From contig DASTOD010000567.1 in NCBI GenBank assembly GCA_035762645.1, forward strand, positions 1-54,852: a DNA stretch of 54,852 bases. The letters are read 5' to 3'. Made by a program: the position numbers and the translations under genes. The notes under the pieces were generated by a model that saw only the letters and a program-made list of their open reading frames with translations, made no database searches and was not told the origin of the DNA. This document shows, in pieces, positions 27,042 to 36,891 of the stretch. This DNA comes from Candidatus Binatia bacterium. Its GTDB lineage: Bacteria > Desulfobacterota > Binatia > UBA9968. Each line of letters begins with the position of its first letter. Within the stretch, counting starts at the first letter, position 1.

Positions 27042-27532
27042 CGGCGATTTTTAGGCAACGGAATACCAGTCACATGATTCCAGGAACGACCATGACGAAT
27101 GTCAGAAATGGTAGCTGGGCTTACTCCGAATTTTCTGGCAAGCTGTCGTCCAATTCCGTACGCCCTCGGAGCCGAAAGGATTTCAAGAACATCCTTCTCG
27201 GAAAGAGCAGCGCTTCCGATTTGTTCTCCATTCACCTGAGCTTTGCGTCCTTTTTCAATCATGTCGTAAGCATTATCTTTTGGTGTCCCAAGGAAAAGAT
27301 GATGCGGGTTGCAGCACAATTTAACGTCGCATTTGTGGCATACGTAAAGTCCCTCTGGAATAATCCCATTTGTGAGCACCCACGAAACTCTATGGGTGCG
27401 CCAGTTCTCGTTGTTCCAACTGGTTTTACCGTATCCGTGCTTTCCGACCGCACCAGTCCACAACCAACATTGATCTGGAGCTGCCCGGGCGACATTCGAC
27501 CAGAATCGTTTTTCAAAAGTTGCCTTGCACAT
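27023..27532 (-). CDS. free-standing HNH homing endonuclease
   Basis: ATG 27532 with a GGAGGAAAGAG RBS. CWLWTG...GYG...HRVSW...CHKCD...CCNPHHL...GT..DN is the classical phage HNH signature. The C-terminus has an HTH-like segment (FGVSPATISDI). It is antisense to its neighbours and visibly more A+T-rich. Confidence 0.85.
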   Translation of the reverse strand: MCKATFEKRFWSNVARAAPDQCWLWTGAVGKHGYGKTSWNNENWRTHRVSWVLTNGIIPEGLYVCHKCDVKLCCNPHHLFLGTPKDNAYDMIEKGRKAQVNGEQIGSAALSEKDVLEILSAPRAYGIGRQLARKFGVSPATISDIRHGRSWNHVTGIPLPKNRRQLLRS

Positions 27533-27588
27533 CTCTTTCCTCCAAATACCGATGTTCATACAAAGAACCATGCACACGTGAATTAAAA

Positions 27589-28602
27589 GTGGAAGACCTA
27601 ATTTTATACGCGGACATTAAATCGAATCACCAGATTCAGAAGGCCGCTGGTGTATGTCCGACTTCCGAGGAGTTTCGGCAGTACGGCAACACGGCGATTC
27701 GACAGCTTTACCGCAAGGGTGATTGGAACTCCTCGTTGCGCAAGGCCCAGTTCTGCATTCAGAATGGGTGCATCGTGTGGCCGAGATTTGTCGGCCGTCT
27801 GCGCGCGCTCACCTGGTCGAAGAGTCCCGTGCTCGTGAATGGCCAATGGTACGAGTTTCTGCCATGGGGCCCCGGTCTCGTGACGCCCGGCTGTTTCTGT
27901 TCGGACTTCGCCGTCGTGAACCATGGGACATCACCCGTCTTCCGCAATGTCCCGTGCGGCGCGGAGAACATAAAAATCAGAGCGTACACCCAGTGCCAGG
28001 CGGACCTCGGGAAACAAATCAAGCTCTTTGGGACTGATTCGAATGGCAATCCGCTGGTCACCAAAGACACCACCACGAACACCTGGAGCGAAGGAATCAC
28101 GCTGACGCTCGCGGCTCCGTTTGCGAGTACGACTCAGGACATCCAGACGATTACACGGGTCATAAAGCCGGAAACCGAGTGTCGCATTCGACTGTTCATG
28201 TACGACACGGTTCGAGATGTTCTGATCGACATGGCGGTTTACGAGCCTTCGGAGAAGAACCCGAACTATCTGGCCAGTATCATCGGGGGAGGTCGTTGCC
28301 AGTGTCCGACCGGCTGCGATAGCACTTCGATCACGGCTCTCTTCAAACTCACGCTTTACGATCTGGTCGAGGACACCGACATCAGCCCGATTCAAAGCCT
28401 TGATGCCATCGCCTCAATGATCAATTCATTGAAAGCGGCGTCTGAGAACAACCCCCAAAAACGGCTTGAGCACGACGTTGAAGCTACGAATTTCATGAAC
28501 ATCCTCGAACGCGATTATCTGCCGACGGACCAGGTTCCCGTCGAGATGGCGACCTGGGGAAGCGCACGTCTGGAGCGGGCAGGGATCGGATGGAACTTTT
28601 GA
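27589..28602 (+). CDS. hypothetical virion protein; start uncertain
   Basis: The frame is open from TTG 27520, but that start would overlap the HNH start region. GTG 27589 is the next in-frame start. There is no ATG near the 5' end. Confidence 0.5.
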   Translation: MEDLILYADIKSNHQIQKAAGVCPTSEEFRQYGNTAIRQLYRKGDWNSSLRKAQFCIQNGCIVWPRFVGRLRALTWSKSPVLVNGQWYEFLPWGPGLVTPGCFCSDFAVVNHGTSPVFRNVPCGAENIKIRAYTQCQADLGKQIKLFGTDSNGNPLVTKDTTTNTWSEGITLTLAAPFASTTQDIQTITRVIKPETECRIRLFMYDTVRDVLIDMAVYEPSEKNPNYLASIIGGGRCQCPTGCDSTSITALFKLTLYDLVEDTDISPIQSLDAIASMINSLKAASENNPQKRLEHDVEATNFMNILERDYLPTDQVPVEMATWGSARLERAGIGWNF

Positions 28603-28605
28603 CCT

Positions 28606-29691
28606 ATGCCAAGAGGATATGCAAATACCCGGACAGTCCTGCGCGGAGTGGGGCTTCCTTCAGTAGCGGGCGGCGGTGGCGGGGCGACGGCTCCGCTCTC
28701 AACTAATTACAATCTGAACCCGGCTCCGCGCAGTGGCAAGGGGCCTTACGGGCTCGTGCCCGGCTCACAAGGGCTGCCTGATCCGTTTCCGGATCTCGCC
28801 AAACGATTCCCAGGCCTTGAGCAATCGAATGCGCAATTGGCTCAGAACATCATGTCGGAGTTGTCCGGTGAACTGCCCCCGGACGTCATTGCTGCAATCG
28901 AGGACGAGGCCGCGCGGTTCGGGATCACGAGCGGCATGCCGGGGAGCGACCTCGCGCGGCGACGGGGTGCGCGCAACCTCGGATTGAGCACGCTGGATCT
29001 GACGCGCGCCGGCCTTCAGGATTACCTGAACGCCACGGCCGGCATTTCGCGAACGCAGACAGTTGATCCTGCACTCAAGGCGCAGATCGCAGCCCACAAC
29101 GCCCTTCTGAATGCCGCTCCGGATCCGGCGGCCGCGGCCGCAGCCATGGAGGCGTCCTTCCGGCGTGGTCTGGATATTCCCGGCGTCCGCGGCGGGGGTG
29201 GTGGGATTTCGTCGTTCAACCCCGGAATGCCGAATTTGAGTGCTCCGCGCGGATCTCCCGCCGGGATGGGTGTTCCGGGCCAGACACCGATTTATACCGG
29301 GCCGATCTCGGGGACACGCGCACCGGATACCGGATCGCTTGGCTTTGGCGCCGGCGCCCCATTTGGGTCTACGCCGGGAGTCAATCCCTATACGGGAATG
29401 CCGATCGCACAATTGCCTTCGAATGATATTTTCTCGAGCGACTTCGGAGGCGGTGGCAGTCCAATCCAGTATTACGGCACGGGCGAGCCCTGGGCCGGGA
29501 GCACGGACATGCAGGATTTGTTTGACCCGAATTGGGACGATCCGTTTGCCAATCTGTATCAAGGGACTGGAGAATATGGCTATGATGCTGGACAGAGTAG
29601 TCTGGCTGGATTTGATCCGAACGATCCCTTCGGTCTTGGCGATTTCGACTGGAGTTTGCTCGAACCGTTTGACCCAAATTGGGATTATTGA
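28606..29691 (+). CDS. Gly/Pro-rich virion (internal or ejection?) protein
   Basis: 361 aa of low-complexity G/P-rich sequence. Lies immediately upstream of the giant protein gene. Confidence 0.55.
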   Translation: MPRGYANTRTVLRGVGLPSVAGGGGGATAPLSTNYNLNPAPRSGKGPYGLVPGSQGLPDPFPDLAKRFPGLEQSNAQLAQNIMSELSGELPPDVIAAIEDEAARFGITSGMPGSDLARRRGARNLGLSTLDLTRAGLQDYLNATAGISRTQTVDPALKAQIAAHNALLNAAPDPAAAAAAMEASFRRGLDIPGVRGGGGGISSFNPGMPNLSAPRGSPAGMGVPGQTPIYTGPISGTRAPDTGSLGFGAGAPFGSTPGVNPYTGMPIAQLPSNDIFSSDFGGGGSPIQYYGTGEPWAGSTDMQDLFDPNWDDPFANLYQGTGEYGYDAGQSSLAGFDPNDPFGLGDFDWSLLEPFDPNWDY

Positions 29692-30530
29692 TGGCCTTTC
29701 CGATTCCAAGTTGGATTTCAGTTTCGCCTGCGCAGTTTCAGCAGGCGTATGAAAGTGGGGCGCGCACAGGACTTTCGCTGGCCGAGATGCGTGATCGGAT
29801 GGCCGCGCGCGAGCAACAACGCCGACTGGCCGAACAGGAGATGATTGCTCGCTCCTCGGAAAGGGCTGCGGATCGAGAGGCGCGTCGGCAGGAACAGGAA
29901 ACCGAGGCCGACATCGCTAGGGAACGCATCGCCAGCACGGAGAGGATCTCCATGCAGCGTCAGAACGCACTGGACGACTGGCGCGACGCCCAACTGGACC
30001 TGCGCGAGGCAGGACTCAGGCTCCAGGGAGGCAACCTGGAACTGGCGCGCGAAAGGGCTGAAACAGCGGCCAAAATGGGAGACCAAAGAGCGGCGAATGC
30101 TCTGGTTCAACTGGACCTGCAGAAGGAACGTCTGGAACTGGCCCGGGAACGGCTTGAGGACGCGCGCAACAAGCCGCCGAAAGAACCGACTGTGCGCGTT
30201 GATGTAGACAGTTTCGGAAAACCTACCGTTAGTCGCAGCGGACCAGCCAGTCTCATGGAGCAGTACCTCCCGAAGCCCGAACCGACGCCAGAGCCTGAAC
30301 CCGAGACGCCTTCACTGCCTTTGATGCAAAGGATGAGAAATTTCTGGCTGGGAGCGCCCGAAGAAGTTCCTCAGAACGTGAACGTCGGGGCGATCCGTGG
30401 CCCAACCACTCCGGGCGCTTCGGCTGGTCTGGACATCGTTTACGAGTCCGAAGATGACGCGCGCGCCAATGGCAAACGCGCTGGAGATATTGTTCGCCTT
30501 CGCGGGGTGGGTCGTGTACGACTGAAATGA
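29691..30530 (+). CDS. Arg/Glu-rich coiled-coil protein
   Basis: ATG 29691 overlaps the upstream TGA. The track start at 29679 is a TTG. Charged heptad-like sequence. Confidence 0.55.
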   Translation: MAFPIPSWISVSPAQFQQAYESGARTGLSLAEMRDRMAAREQQRRLAEQEMIARSSERAADREARRQEQETEADIARERIASTERISMQRQNALDDWRDAQLDLREAGLRLQGGNLELARERAETAAKMGDQRAANALVQLDLQKERLELARERLEDARNKPPKEPTVRVDVDSFGKPTVSRSGPASLMEQYLPKPEPTPEPEPETPSLPLMQRMRNFWLGAPEEVPQNVNVGAIRGPTTPGASAGLDIVYESEDDARANGKRAGDIVRLRGVGRVRLK

Positions 30531-30531
30531 A

Positions 30532-33500
30532 ATGCCGTACGAAATCCTTTCAGAGGAGTCGCAGGGCTACGAGGTGATCGAGCCAGAGGCGCCCTCTCTT
30601 CCTGGACCTTCCTTTTCCCGTGGCACACCGGCCGATATTCCGCTTGAAGAGGCTGAACCGAGCCGGACCGAGCTTCGTCAGCGATTGCAATCCGAACTGG
30701 AGGAGACACGCGCCGACAATCTTCTGGCCCGAGCGTTTTCCAGTCCGGAATCGATCATTCCTCCCTTGCTCCTTCCGCCCGAGGATCCCGGTTCGCTCGA
30801 GAACATCCTTCGGAAGCTGCCCCTGGGCGCTGGTGAGGACAAGGATCTGCGCGAGGATCGAGTCAAGGGAATCTCTTCGGCGCTGCGTGCCATTGAGGGT
30901 GGTATCCGGAGCGCGGGTCTTCCTGAAAATCTGCCTCTGATTCCACTGGCCGGAGGCAATCTTCTACGATTGGCCATGGGTGCCCTGTTTGGCGGCGAGG
31001 CTCTTGGCGCCGGCGCCGGTCAGGCGTCCGTCGGATTCGAACAGGGCGAACCGGAGACGGCCGGCGCTGGAGTAGGAACTGGTACTCTGGGTCTAGGATT
31101 AGCCAGCCCATTGGCTCGCCGAGGACTCGAGCTTACTCCCTCGAGATTTGACCCAGCCGCCATCGAGGAAGCCCGATTTCAAATGGCCAAGCCGGTTGGG
31201 CCAAGAGCCCCGGAGCGACCGGTCGCTTTGATTCCTGAACGAGTTGAACCAGTAACCACGGAGGTACCACGTGCCGAGCGTATCACAGAACCAACAGAAG
31301 TTTATGGCGATCTGCAGCCACGACCCGTCGAAGGCGCGAAAGAAGTGCCCGTCGAAGAAGGTGGCGCGGGAGTTCGCCCGGACATCCCACAAGAACCTGC
31401 CGCGGCGGGTGAAGGATTACTGGGAGCATTGACGGAACGCTTGAAGGTCGAGACTCCCGAAGCCTTGCGCCCGGTTGTCGACCAGATTTTCACGCCCGAG
31501 AAGATTCAGGCCAAGATCGAGCGAACATTGAAACCGTTTGAGGACCGGCCGGCCGAAGAACTCCGGATCATTCGAGAGCCGCAGAAGATGATCGAGTTGG
31601 TGAACCCCAAAACCGGAGAATCCATTCCCGCACGGTTTGATGGCTGGAACCGGCTTGGTGAACAGATTGCCGAACAAGTTGGCGACCCGGCGATTCTGGT
31701 GAATGAATCGGTGCCACCGGTTGATTTCCAGATCACGACGACGCGCGACATGGAATCGCTGGTCCGACCTGGACAGTACATCAAGGGGACCGGACCTGGG
31801 GGAACGCTTCAGAACGGCTCCACGCTCGCGTTGCACGGCTGGGAGGTCCGCGGGTTGCCGGAAGCTCCGAAAGTTGAAGCCGCGCCACAAGCGCCAGTGA
31901 CAGAAGCTCAAGTCGCATTGACTCCAGCCGAGCGCGTAGAACTCAACGAATTGAGGATCATTCGGGAGGACCGAGGACGTCTGGGGCGCTTGAACAGCGA
32001 ACGACTGTCCGAATTGGAAGCCAAGGAAGCCGTCCCCGTGGCTGAATCCCGCATCTCCCCGCAACCGGAAGCCGGGAACATCTTCGACATGGACGAAGGC
32101 GATCTCGGCGACTTCTTTGATGAGAAGTTCGGGGAGCAACCGGCCGCGGGTGTTCCTGGCCAGATCCGGCGTGCGGGCGAATTCAGCTTCCCCAATTACA
32201 CGGCGTTCGCGAAGTGGATGGAGGAACGGTACGCCGCCCTGGACATAGAGGGGATGCGCAACGCATTCGCCGAGGCTCCGACAGAGCACAAGATCAAATA
32301 CATCAAGGCGAACAAGGACGCTGATCCTCATAAGAAAGCATGGATCACGCATCTGGCTACGGGCGCTGAACTGCCGAAGGAACGTCCGCCCGTCGCGCAG
32401 CCCAAGGTGACTCCGGGGCAGCCGGTCCCGAAGCCTGGTCAGGCGCCGCCGAAGCCGCCGTATCCTGAACCGCCACCACCCCCGCCTCGGGCACGCACGC
32501 CTTACCGGAAGTTCGACACGATGGCGCTGGTTCAATTGATGCGTGAGTTTGGGAACCTGCCGAAGATCAACGATCAACTGATTCATGCCTACGGCCGTTT
32601 CCTGCCCAAGACTGAACTCTTGGAACTCAAGGACCGTCTCTTCTGGGACAGGGCTCTCGCTGAACGAGTCCTCGGGCATGAGATCGGTCATTTCATCGAC
32701 CTAGCCGTCCAGATCACGGGCAAAGGCAGAAAGTTCGGGGAACGTCTGGAGCCCTTTGACGACCTGCGCGCGAGGATTGGAACAAACCAGGAACTCAGGA
32801 ACGAAGCGCGCAGTCTAAGCGGTCAATGGCGTGGTCCCTTCAACAAAGGGGACCGGTACCGGGACAGCGCGGAGGAACTGTTCGCCGACTTCATGTCGGC
32901 GATGTTCAACAACCCGGAGTGGGTCAACCAGAATTTTCCTAAGCTCCACGACATTTTCACGAACCTGCTGGGAAGCAAACCGTCGTTTCGAGAGACCTAT
33001 CGGGAGATTGAAAGCTGGCTGGCGGGAGACACCATGGTTGCTGAATGGATCGGCCAACAACGCGAATCCGTGAAGCGGACCATGGACGATCTCCTCAAAG
33101 AGAAACCGCGTCATCGCGAGGGATTTGCGGATTGGCTCAAGGGCGCAACCGTTTCCATGTGGCATCGGGCTTTCGAGAAGGAAGGAAAACCGGCCAAGCT
33201 GGGAACGTCCATCACGGACGAACTCGAATACTCGGCTTTGTGGGCCGCTAAGGAAAATGCGCTCTTTGCCGACGACTGGACTAAAACTGTCCAGCCCGAA
33301 CTGGACAAAGTTAATGCGGATCCCATTCAGGCGCGCACGGACCTGCACGCCTATTCCCAGGCGAGGCGTACGATCGGCGAGCGTCGTGCGGCCGGCGTTT
33401 GGATCGAACAACATCCGGTCGAGGCGCGAGCAATGCTGACGGCGATACTGGACTTGAGTGACAATCTGCGAACGAAGTACGGAAATCAGTTAGCGTCCGC

Positions 33501-36012
33501 AGGTGATGCGGAGCTTTACGATTTGTCGGCGGCCATCTTCCGCGAGATCCACGACGGCGGGGAACGATTCGTCGAGAGGATTTCCAAGGAGATCGATAAA
33601 CTGAATCTGGGCGTCGGTGGGGATGCCGCCCTGCAGGCGTTCAATGTCCGTGGCAAACTGCTCAATCCCGGAGGGCTGAATGAGGCCAATGCCGTGAAGG
33701 TCATCCGCGATCTGCGCGCGCGACTTACTCCCGAACAGTTTCGCGCTCTGACCACGGCTTCGGAACGGATGCGGGATCTTTTGTTCCGAACGCAGCAAGC
33801 CGCCCATAAAGAAGGACTGATTTCGGACCGGGTGTGGAATGAACTGATCGCTCCGAACCGCGGCAATTACGTCCCCTATGCCGTGCTGGATTATTGGGAG
33901 GGGAAGGTCCGCGCTGGAGTCATGCCACAGAAAGGCACGGCCAAAGAGATTGCTGACGTCACGGTCAGTTCCCAGTTGAAAGCGGCCGCTCTGAACGTGT
34001 GGCGCCAGAGACAACGGCAGGTGCAACTTTTGCGGGATGCCTACCAGAAAGGCGGTCTGGAAATCCCCATCGGGGAACGTCTGAGACAGGCTTCCGACAT
34101 CGACAAGATTCGCAAACAGCATCCGAACGACGACATCAGCCGTGCGGTCCTTTGGCAGGATGGCCAGCCGCATCTGGTCGAGTTTCCGGGCGATCCGGGA
34201 AAGACTCTCGAAAAGGCCATGGACAGCGGCTCCTTTTACGAACACATGGAATGGTTGACCGATGCCAGCCGGCTCACGCACGGCATGATGCAGCTTTATA
34301 CCACCCTGAGCATTCCCTTCCTCGTCTACCGCAATCCCATTCGGGGAGCACGAACAGGGGCGCTCAGGGTTGGTTTCCGTTCGATTGGTAAGCAGTATCT
34401 CAATCCGGATGATCTGGCTTACGCGACCAGGCTGGCGAAGAACTACGCGGATGCGGCATTCGGTGCTTCGATGCTGCCCGAGGTCCGTGAACTGGTCGAA
34501 AAGCAAATGCTGTTACCACCACGACTTTCGAGCGCGATGGTCCGCGACGCTGGCAATCTTCGGGAAATTCTCGAAAACGGCGGAATTCTCGCCAGCCAGC
34601 TTCGGCAGGTGACGGGGCAGGAATGGCCCTGGTGGAAGGGCGGACAATTCGGTCAGGAAACTTACAAGTTCGCAGAGAAGGTATTCGCCGGATATGAAGC
34701 CTTCGAGAAGATCCAGAGTTACCTGGCCGCGAAGGCGCGCGGAGCCTCGCCAGAACAGGCGGTTGCCATCGGCCGGCGTGCAGGCATCCCGAAGCCTGGG
34801 GTGGGCGGTCATTTCAGCGGACCCATGGAAGTCTTCTTTCCCTGGACTCGCGTGCACATTCAAGGAGTTCGCTCTACTCTGGATTTCCTGCGAGATCCGG
34901 AATACCGGAAGGGCTTCGCCGCCAGATTCATGATCACCGAAGGCATGCCGCGCCTGCTGAAAGTCGGAATCGGCCTTGGAATTGCCTCTGGATTGGTTAG
35001 CTGGCTCCTTGCACCCGATGAAGATGAGAAGGATCCGGTGATGGCCGAAGTCTTTCGGCGCGTGAGCCCGTACAAGATGGCCCTGGACGACATCATTCCG
35101 CTGATGCTCTACGATCCTCGCAAGGGGCAGTACCACTACTTCAACGAGTTCAAAAAGGGGAGTGCCATACCCCAACACTACGAAGTGGTGAGCTTCCGCG
35201 TGCCAGCGTCAGAAGAGGGGCGTCTATGGGGAACGCTCCTTTACAACACATTGGTTTCGATTCCAGGTGCTAAGGAGCGTTTGGCCCGGCCGGGAGAGGA
35301 TTTGCTTTCGAATACAGCAAAATGGGCAGGCAATTACCTGTTGCCGGGAATTTCTCCGGCCATCACGACGACCAGAAATCTCGAGAAGATGATCCTCGAG
35401 GGCAAGAACCCCGAAGACCCTTACCGCGGGCAGCCATCCGCCAACAAGCAGCTTTTCGACGCCGGCGGGGTTGACCGTGCCCAAGCGATCGCCGGTTACA
35501 CGCTCAACGAACTGGGTGGACCAGGGGAAATCGCCGCCGTGATGGCCATGAACTTCGGGGTTCTGGATCCGCGCGCGGCCGATGCACTCAAGAAAAGGCT
35601 TGCGATGGACAAGACGCCGCTGCCCGAACGTGTACCGCTGGCGAAGAACATGTTCTCATACGACAATTACGCTCAGTACCGCACCGAGAAGATGGCCGAG
35701 TTGGAGGAGAACCAGCTACGGGCCCGGGCACGGCTCGTGATGTCCGATTCGGTCCGCGGGTTGTACGACTATTATTGGAAGAACATCGAGCGGAAGAAGA
35801 GCCTGACGCCCGAGGAGTTGAACAAGCTCAGTGCGGCAGCGTACTTCGTGAATCATCTCTGGGGGAACCTGAACAACCCGGACAGCTTCTACGCACGGGC
35901 GGCTCGATCGGCCGGTCCTGACGGCTCTAAGCAGTCCCGGGAGACGGTTCGCCGCGATCTGGACCAGGCGGCGGCGCCGGCGCTGGCGAGGTTTTCTGGG
36001 CGTAGGCCTTAG
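30532..36012 (+). CDS. giant virion-associated protein (1826 aa) with a zincin HExxH motif
   Basis: Uninterrupted 5.5-kb ORF. VLGHEIGHFIDL (nt 32677-32691 encode HEIGH), with downstream EELFADF as a possible third ligand. A Pro-rich linker (PPKPPYPEPPPPPP) precedes the motif. Confidence 0.8.
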   Translation: MPYEILSEESQGYEVIEPEAPSLPGPSFSRGTPADIPLEEAEPSRTELRQRLQSELEETRADNLLARAFSSPESIIPPLLLPPEDPGSLENILRKLPLGAGEDKDLREDRVKGISSALRAIEGGIRSAGLPENLPLIPLAGGNLLRLAMGALFGGEALGAGAGQASVGFEQGEPETAGAGVGTGTLGLGLASPLARRGLELTPSRFDPAAIEEARFQMAKPVGPRAPERPVALIPERVEPVTTEVPRAERITEPTEVYGDLQPRPVEGAKEVPVEEGGAGVRPDIPQEPAAAGEGLLGALTERLKVETPEALRPVVDQIFTPEKIQAKIERTLKPFEDRPAEELRIIREPQKMIELVNPKTGESIPARFDGWNRLGEQIAEQVGDPAILVNESVPPVDFQITTTRDMESLVRPGQYIKGTGPGGTLQNGSTLALHGWEVRGLPEAPKVEAAPQAPVTEAQVALTPAERVELNELRIIREDRGRLGRLNSERLSELEAKEAVPVAESRISPQPEAGNIFDMDEGDLGDFFDEKFGEQPAAGVPGQIRRAGEFSFPNYTAFAKWMEERYAALDIEGMRNAFAEAPTEHKIKYIKANKDADPHKKAWITHLATGAELPKERPPVAQPKVTPGQPVPKPGQAPPKPPYPEPPPPPPRARTPYRKFDTMALVQLMREFGNLPKINDQLIHAYGRFLPKTELLELKDRLFWDRALAERVLGHEIGHFIDLAVQITGKGRKFGERLEPFDDLRARIGTNQELRNEARSLSGQWRGPFNKGDRYRDSAEELFADFMSAMFNNPEWVNQNFPKLHDIFTNLLGSKPSFRETYREIESWLAGDTMVAEWIGQQRESVKRTMDDLLKEKPRHREGFADWLKGATVSMWHRAFEKEGKPAKLGTSITDELEYSALWAAKENALFADDWTKTVQPELDKVNADPIQARTDLHAYSQARRTIGERRAAGVWIEQHPVEARAMLTAILDLSDNLRTKYGNQLASAGDAELYDLSAAIFREIHDGGERFVERISKEIDKLNLGVGGDAALQAFNVRGKLLNPGGLNEANAVKVIRDLRARLTPEQFRALTTASERMRDLLFRTQQAAHKEGLISDRVWNELIAPNRGNYVPYAVLDYWEGKVRAGVMPQKGTAKEIADVTVSSQLKAAALNVWRQRQRQVQLLRDAYQKGGLEIPIGERLRQASDIDKIRKQHPNDDISRAVLWQDGQPHLVEFPGDPGKTLEKAMDSGSFYEHMEWLTDASRLTHGMMQLYTTLSIPFLVYRNPIRGARTGALRVGFRSIGKQYLNPDDLAYATRLAKNYADAAFGASMLPEVRELVEKQMLLPPRLSSAMVRDAGNLREILENGGILASQLRQVTGQEWPWWKGGQFGQETYKFAEKVFAGYEAFEKIQSYLAAKARGASPEQAVAIGRRAGIPKPGVGGHFSGPMEVFFPWTRVHIQGVRSTLDFLRDPEYRKGFAARFMITEGMPRLLKVGIGLGIASGLVSWLLAPDEDEKDPVMAEVFRRVSPYKMALDDIIPLMLYDPRKGQYHYFNEFKKGSAIPQHYEVVSFRVPASEEGRLWGTLLYNTLVSIPGAKERLARPGEDLLSNTAKWAGNYLLPGISPAITTTRNLEKMILEGKNPEDPYRGQPSANKQLFDAGGVDRAQAIAGYTLNELGGPGEIAAVMAMNFGVLDPRAADALKKRLAMDKTPLPERVPLAKNMFSYDNYAQYRTEKMAELEENQLRARARLVMSDSVRGLYDYYWKNIERKKSLTPEELNKLSAAAYFVNHLWGNLNNPDSFYARAARSAGPDGSKQSRETVRRDLDQAAAPALARFSGRRP

Positions 36013-36146
36013 CAATGCGGCGTTTCTTAGCGATTTCCAGTGCCCATTTTTTGGAATGACCGAACGGCCACAAGATAAAATTTCGTTTCTCGATCACATC
36101 CGCCATCTGTAGCACATGCTCAGGGGCTTCGCTCTCTGGTGGAAAT

Positions 36147-36176
36147 TCCTGCGAACCGCAGGAGTCTTTGGTTTTT
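36147..36176 (+). terminator. possible intrinsic terminator downstream of the giant gene
   Basis: TCCTGCG-AAC-CGCAGGA gives a 7-bp stem (36147-36163), followed by GTCTTTGGTTTTT. The T-tract is not adjacent to the stem. Confidence 0.3.
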
Positions 36177-36189
36177 CAGTAACGTCGGT

Positions 36190-36891
36190 TCATGGTCCGA
36201 TGAATTGAGTCTCTGGATACAATACTCTGCCCAGGGAAAGACACCTTGCGATTCCCCAACCAAATCGCTCGGGACCTTGCTCGATAATTTCCCATCCTGA
36301 ACTATGTTGGATTTGCTTCCAGGTGCGATGGTGCTTCACGTGCATCCGGTCATCAACGATGAGAACGAACGTTCCTTTGACCAGCGACATCAGGTATTCG
36401 AATTCGATGAACCCCAAGTGCCCGGCGCTGTCGAGGAGAACCAGGTCCGGTTTGCACTCGAACGCGGCACAGGCGACACGAAGCAATGCGTCTGGTCCCT
36501 CTGACGCCTGTTCGCTGAGGTACATGTCCACGCGGACGTTCGGGTCGTGATCGTAGTAGATGCCTGGAATCTGTTCGTCGATCACCAGAGCTTTGACCTG
36601 CTCCCGTGTGGGCAGCAGTTCTTCGGGAATGCTCAGGCCGTGCAGACAGACGACCTCGGGAGTGCGTTCGTAACGAGCCGCTGCCTTCATGAACAATTTG
36701 CGCGCGACTTCGATAGTTACCAATGTCCAGTCGTGAGCCTCACCCAGACTGTAGAGACTTTCGAAGAGGATTCGCGTGGTCCCCTCGCCGGTGCAAGTAC
36801 CGGTTTCGATGACGTACTTCGGCTTGCATCGTTCGACCGTGCGACGAATCGCCGCAGCGAACTCCCCGTCCTGGGTGGGGCTGATGTTCAT
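36190..36891 (-). CDS. class I SAM-dependent methyltransferase-fold protein (paralog-like of 1412..2077)
   Basis: ATG 36891 overlaps the upstream stop (ATGA). VIETGTCTGEGTT (motif I), PDLVLLDSAGH and FVLIVDDRMH occur in the same order as in the 1412 gene product. Confidence 0.6.
   Translation of the reverse strand: MNISPTQDGEFAAAIRRTVERCKPKYVIETGTCTGEGTTRILFESLYSLGEAHDWTLVTIEVARKLFMKAAARYERTPEVVCLHGLSIPEELLPTREQVKALVIDEQIPGIYYDHDPNVRVDMYLSEQASEGPDALLRVACAAFECKPDLVLLDSAGHLGFIEFEYLMSLVKGTFVLIVDDRMHVKHHRTWKQIQHSSGWEIIEQGPERFGWGIARCLSLGRVLYPETQFIGP

Noticed and set aside
35927-36115. 62-aa minus-strand ORF (MLQMADVIEKRNFILWPFGHSKKW...) at the end of the giant gene.
   Set aside because: Its 3' third overlaps the giant ORF and turns into a Pro/Ala-rich stretch. 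There is no clear RBS. The first ~35 residues look protein-like, so it is not excluded, but I cannot support it.
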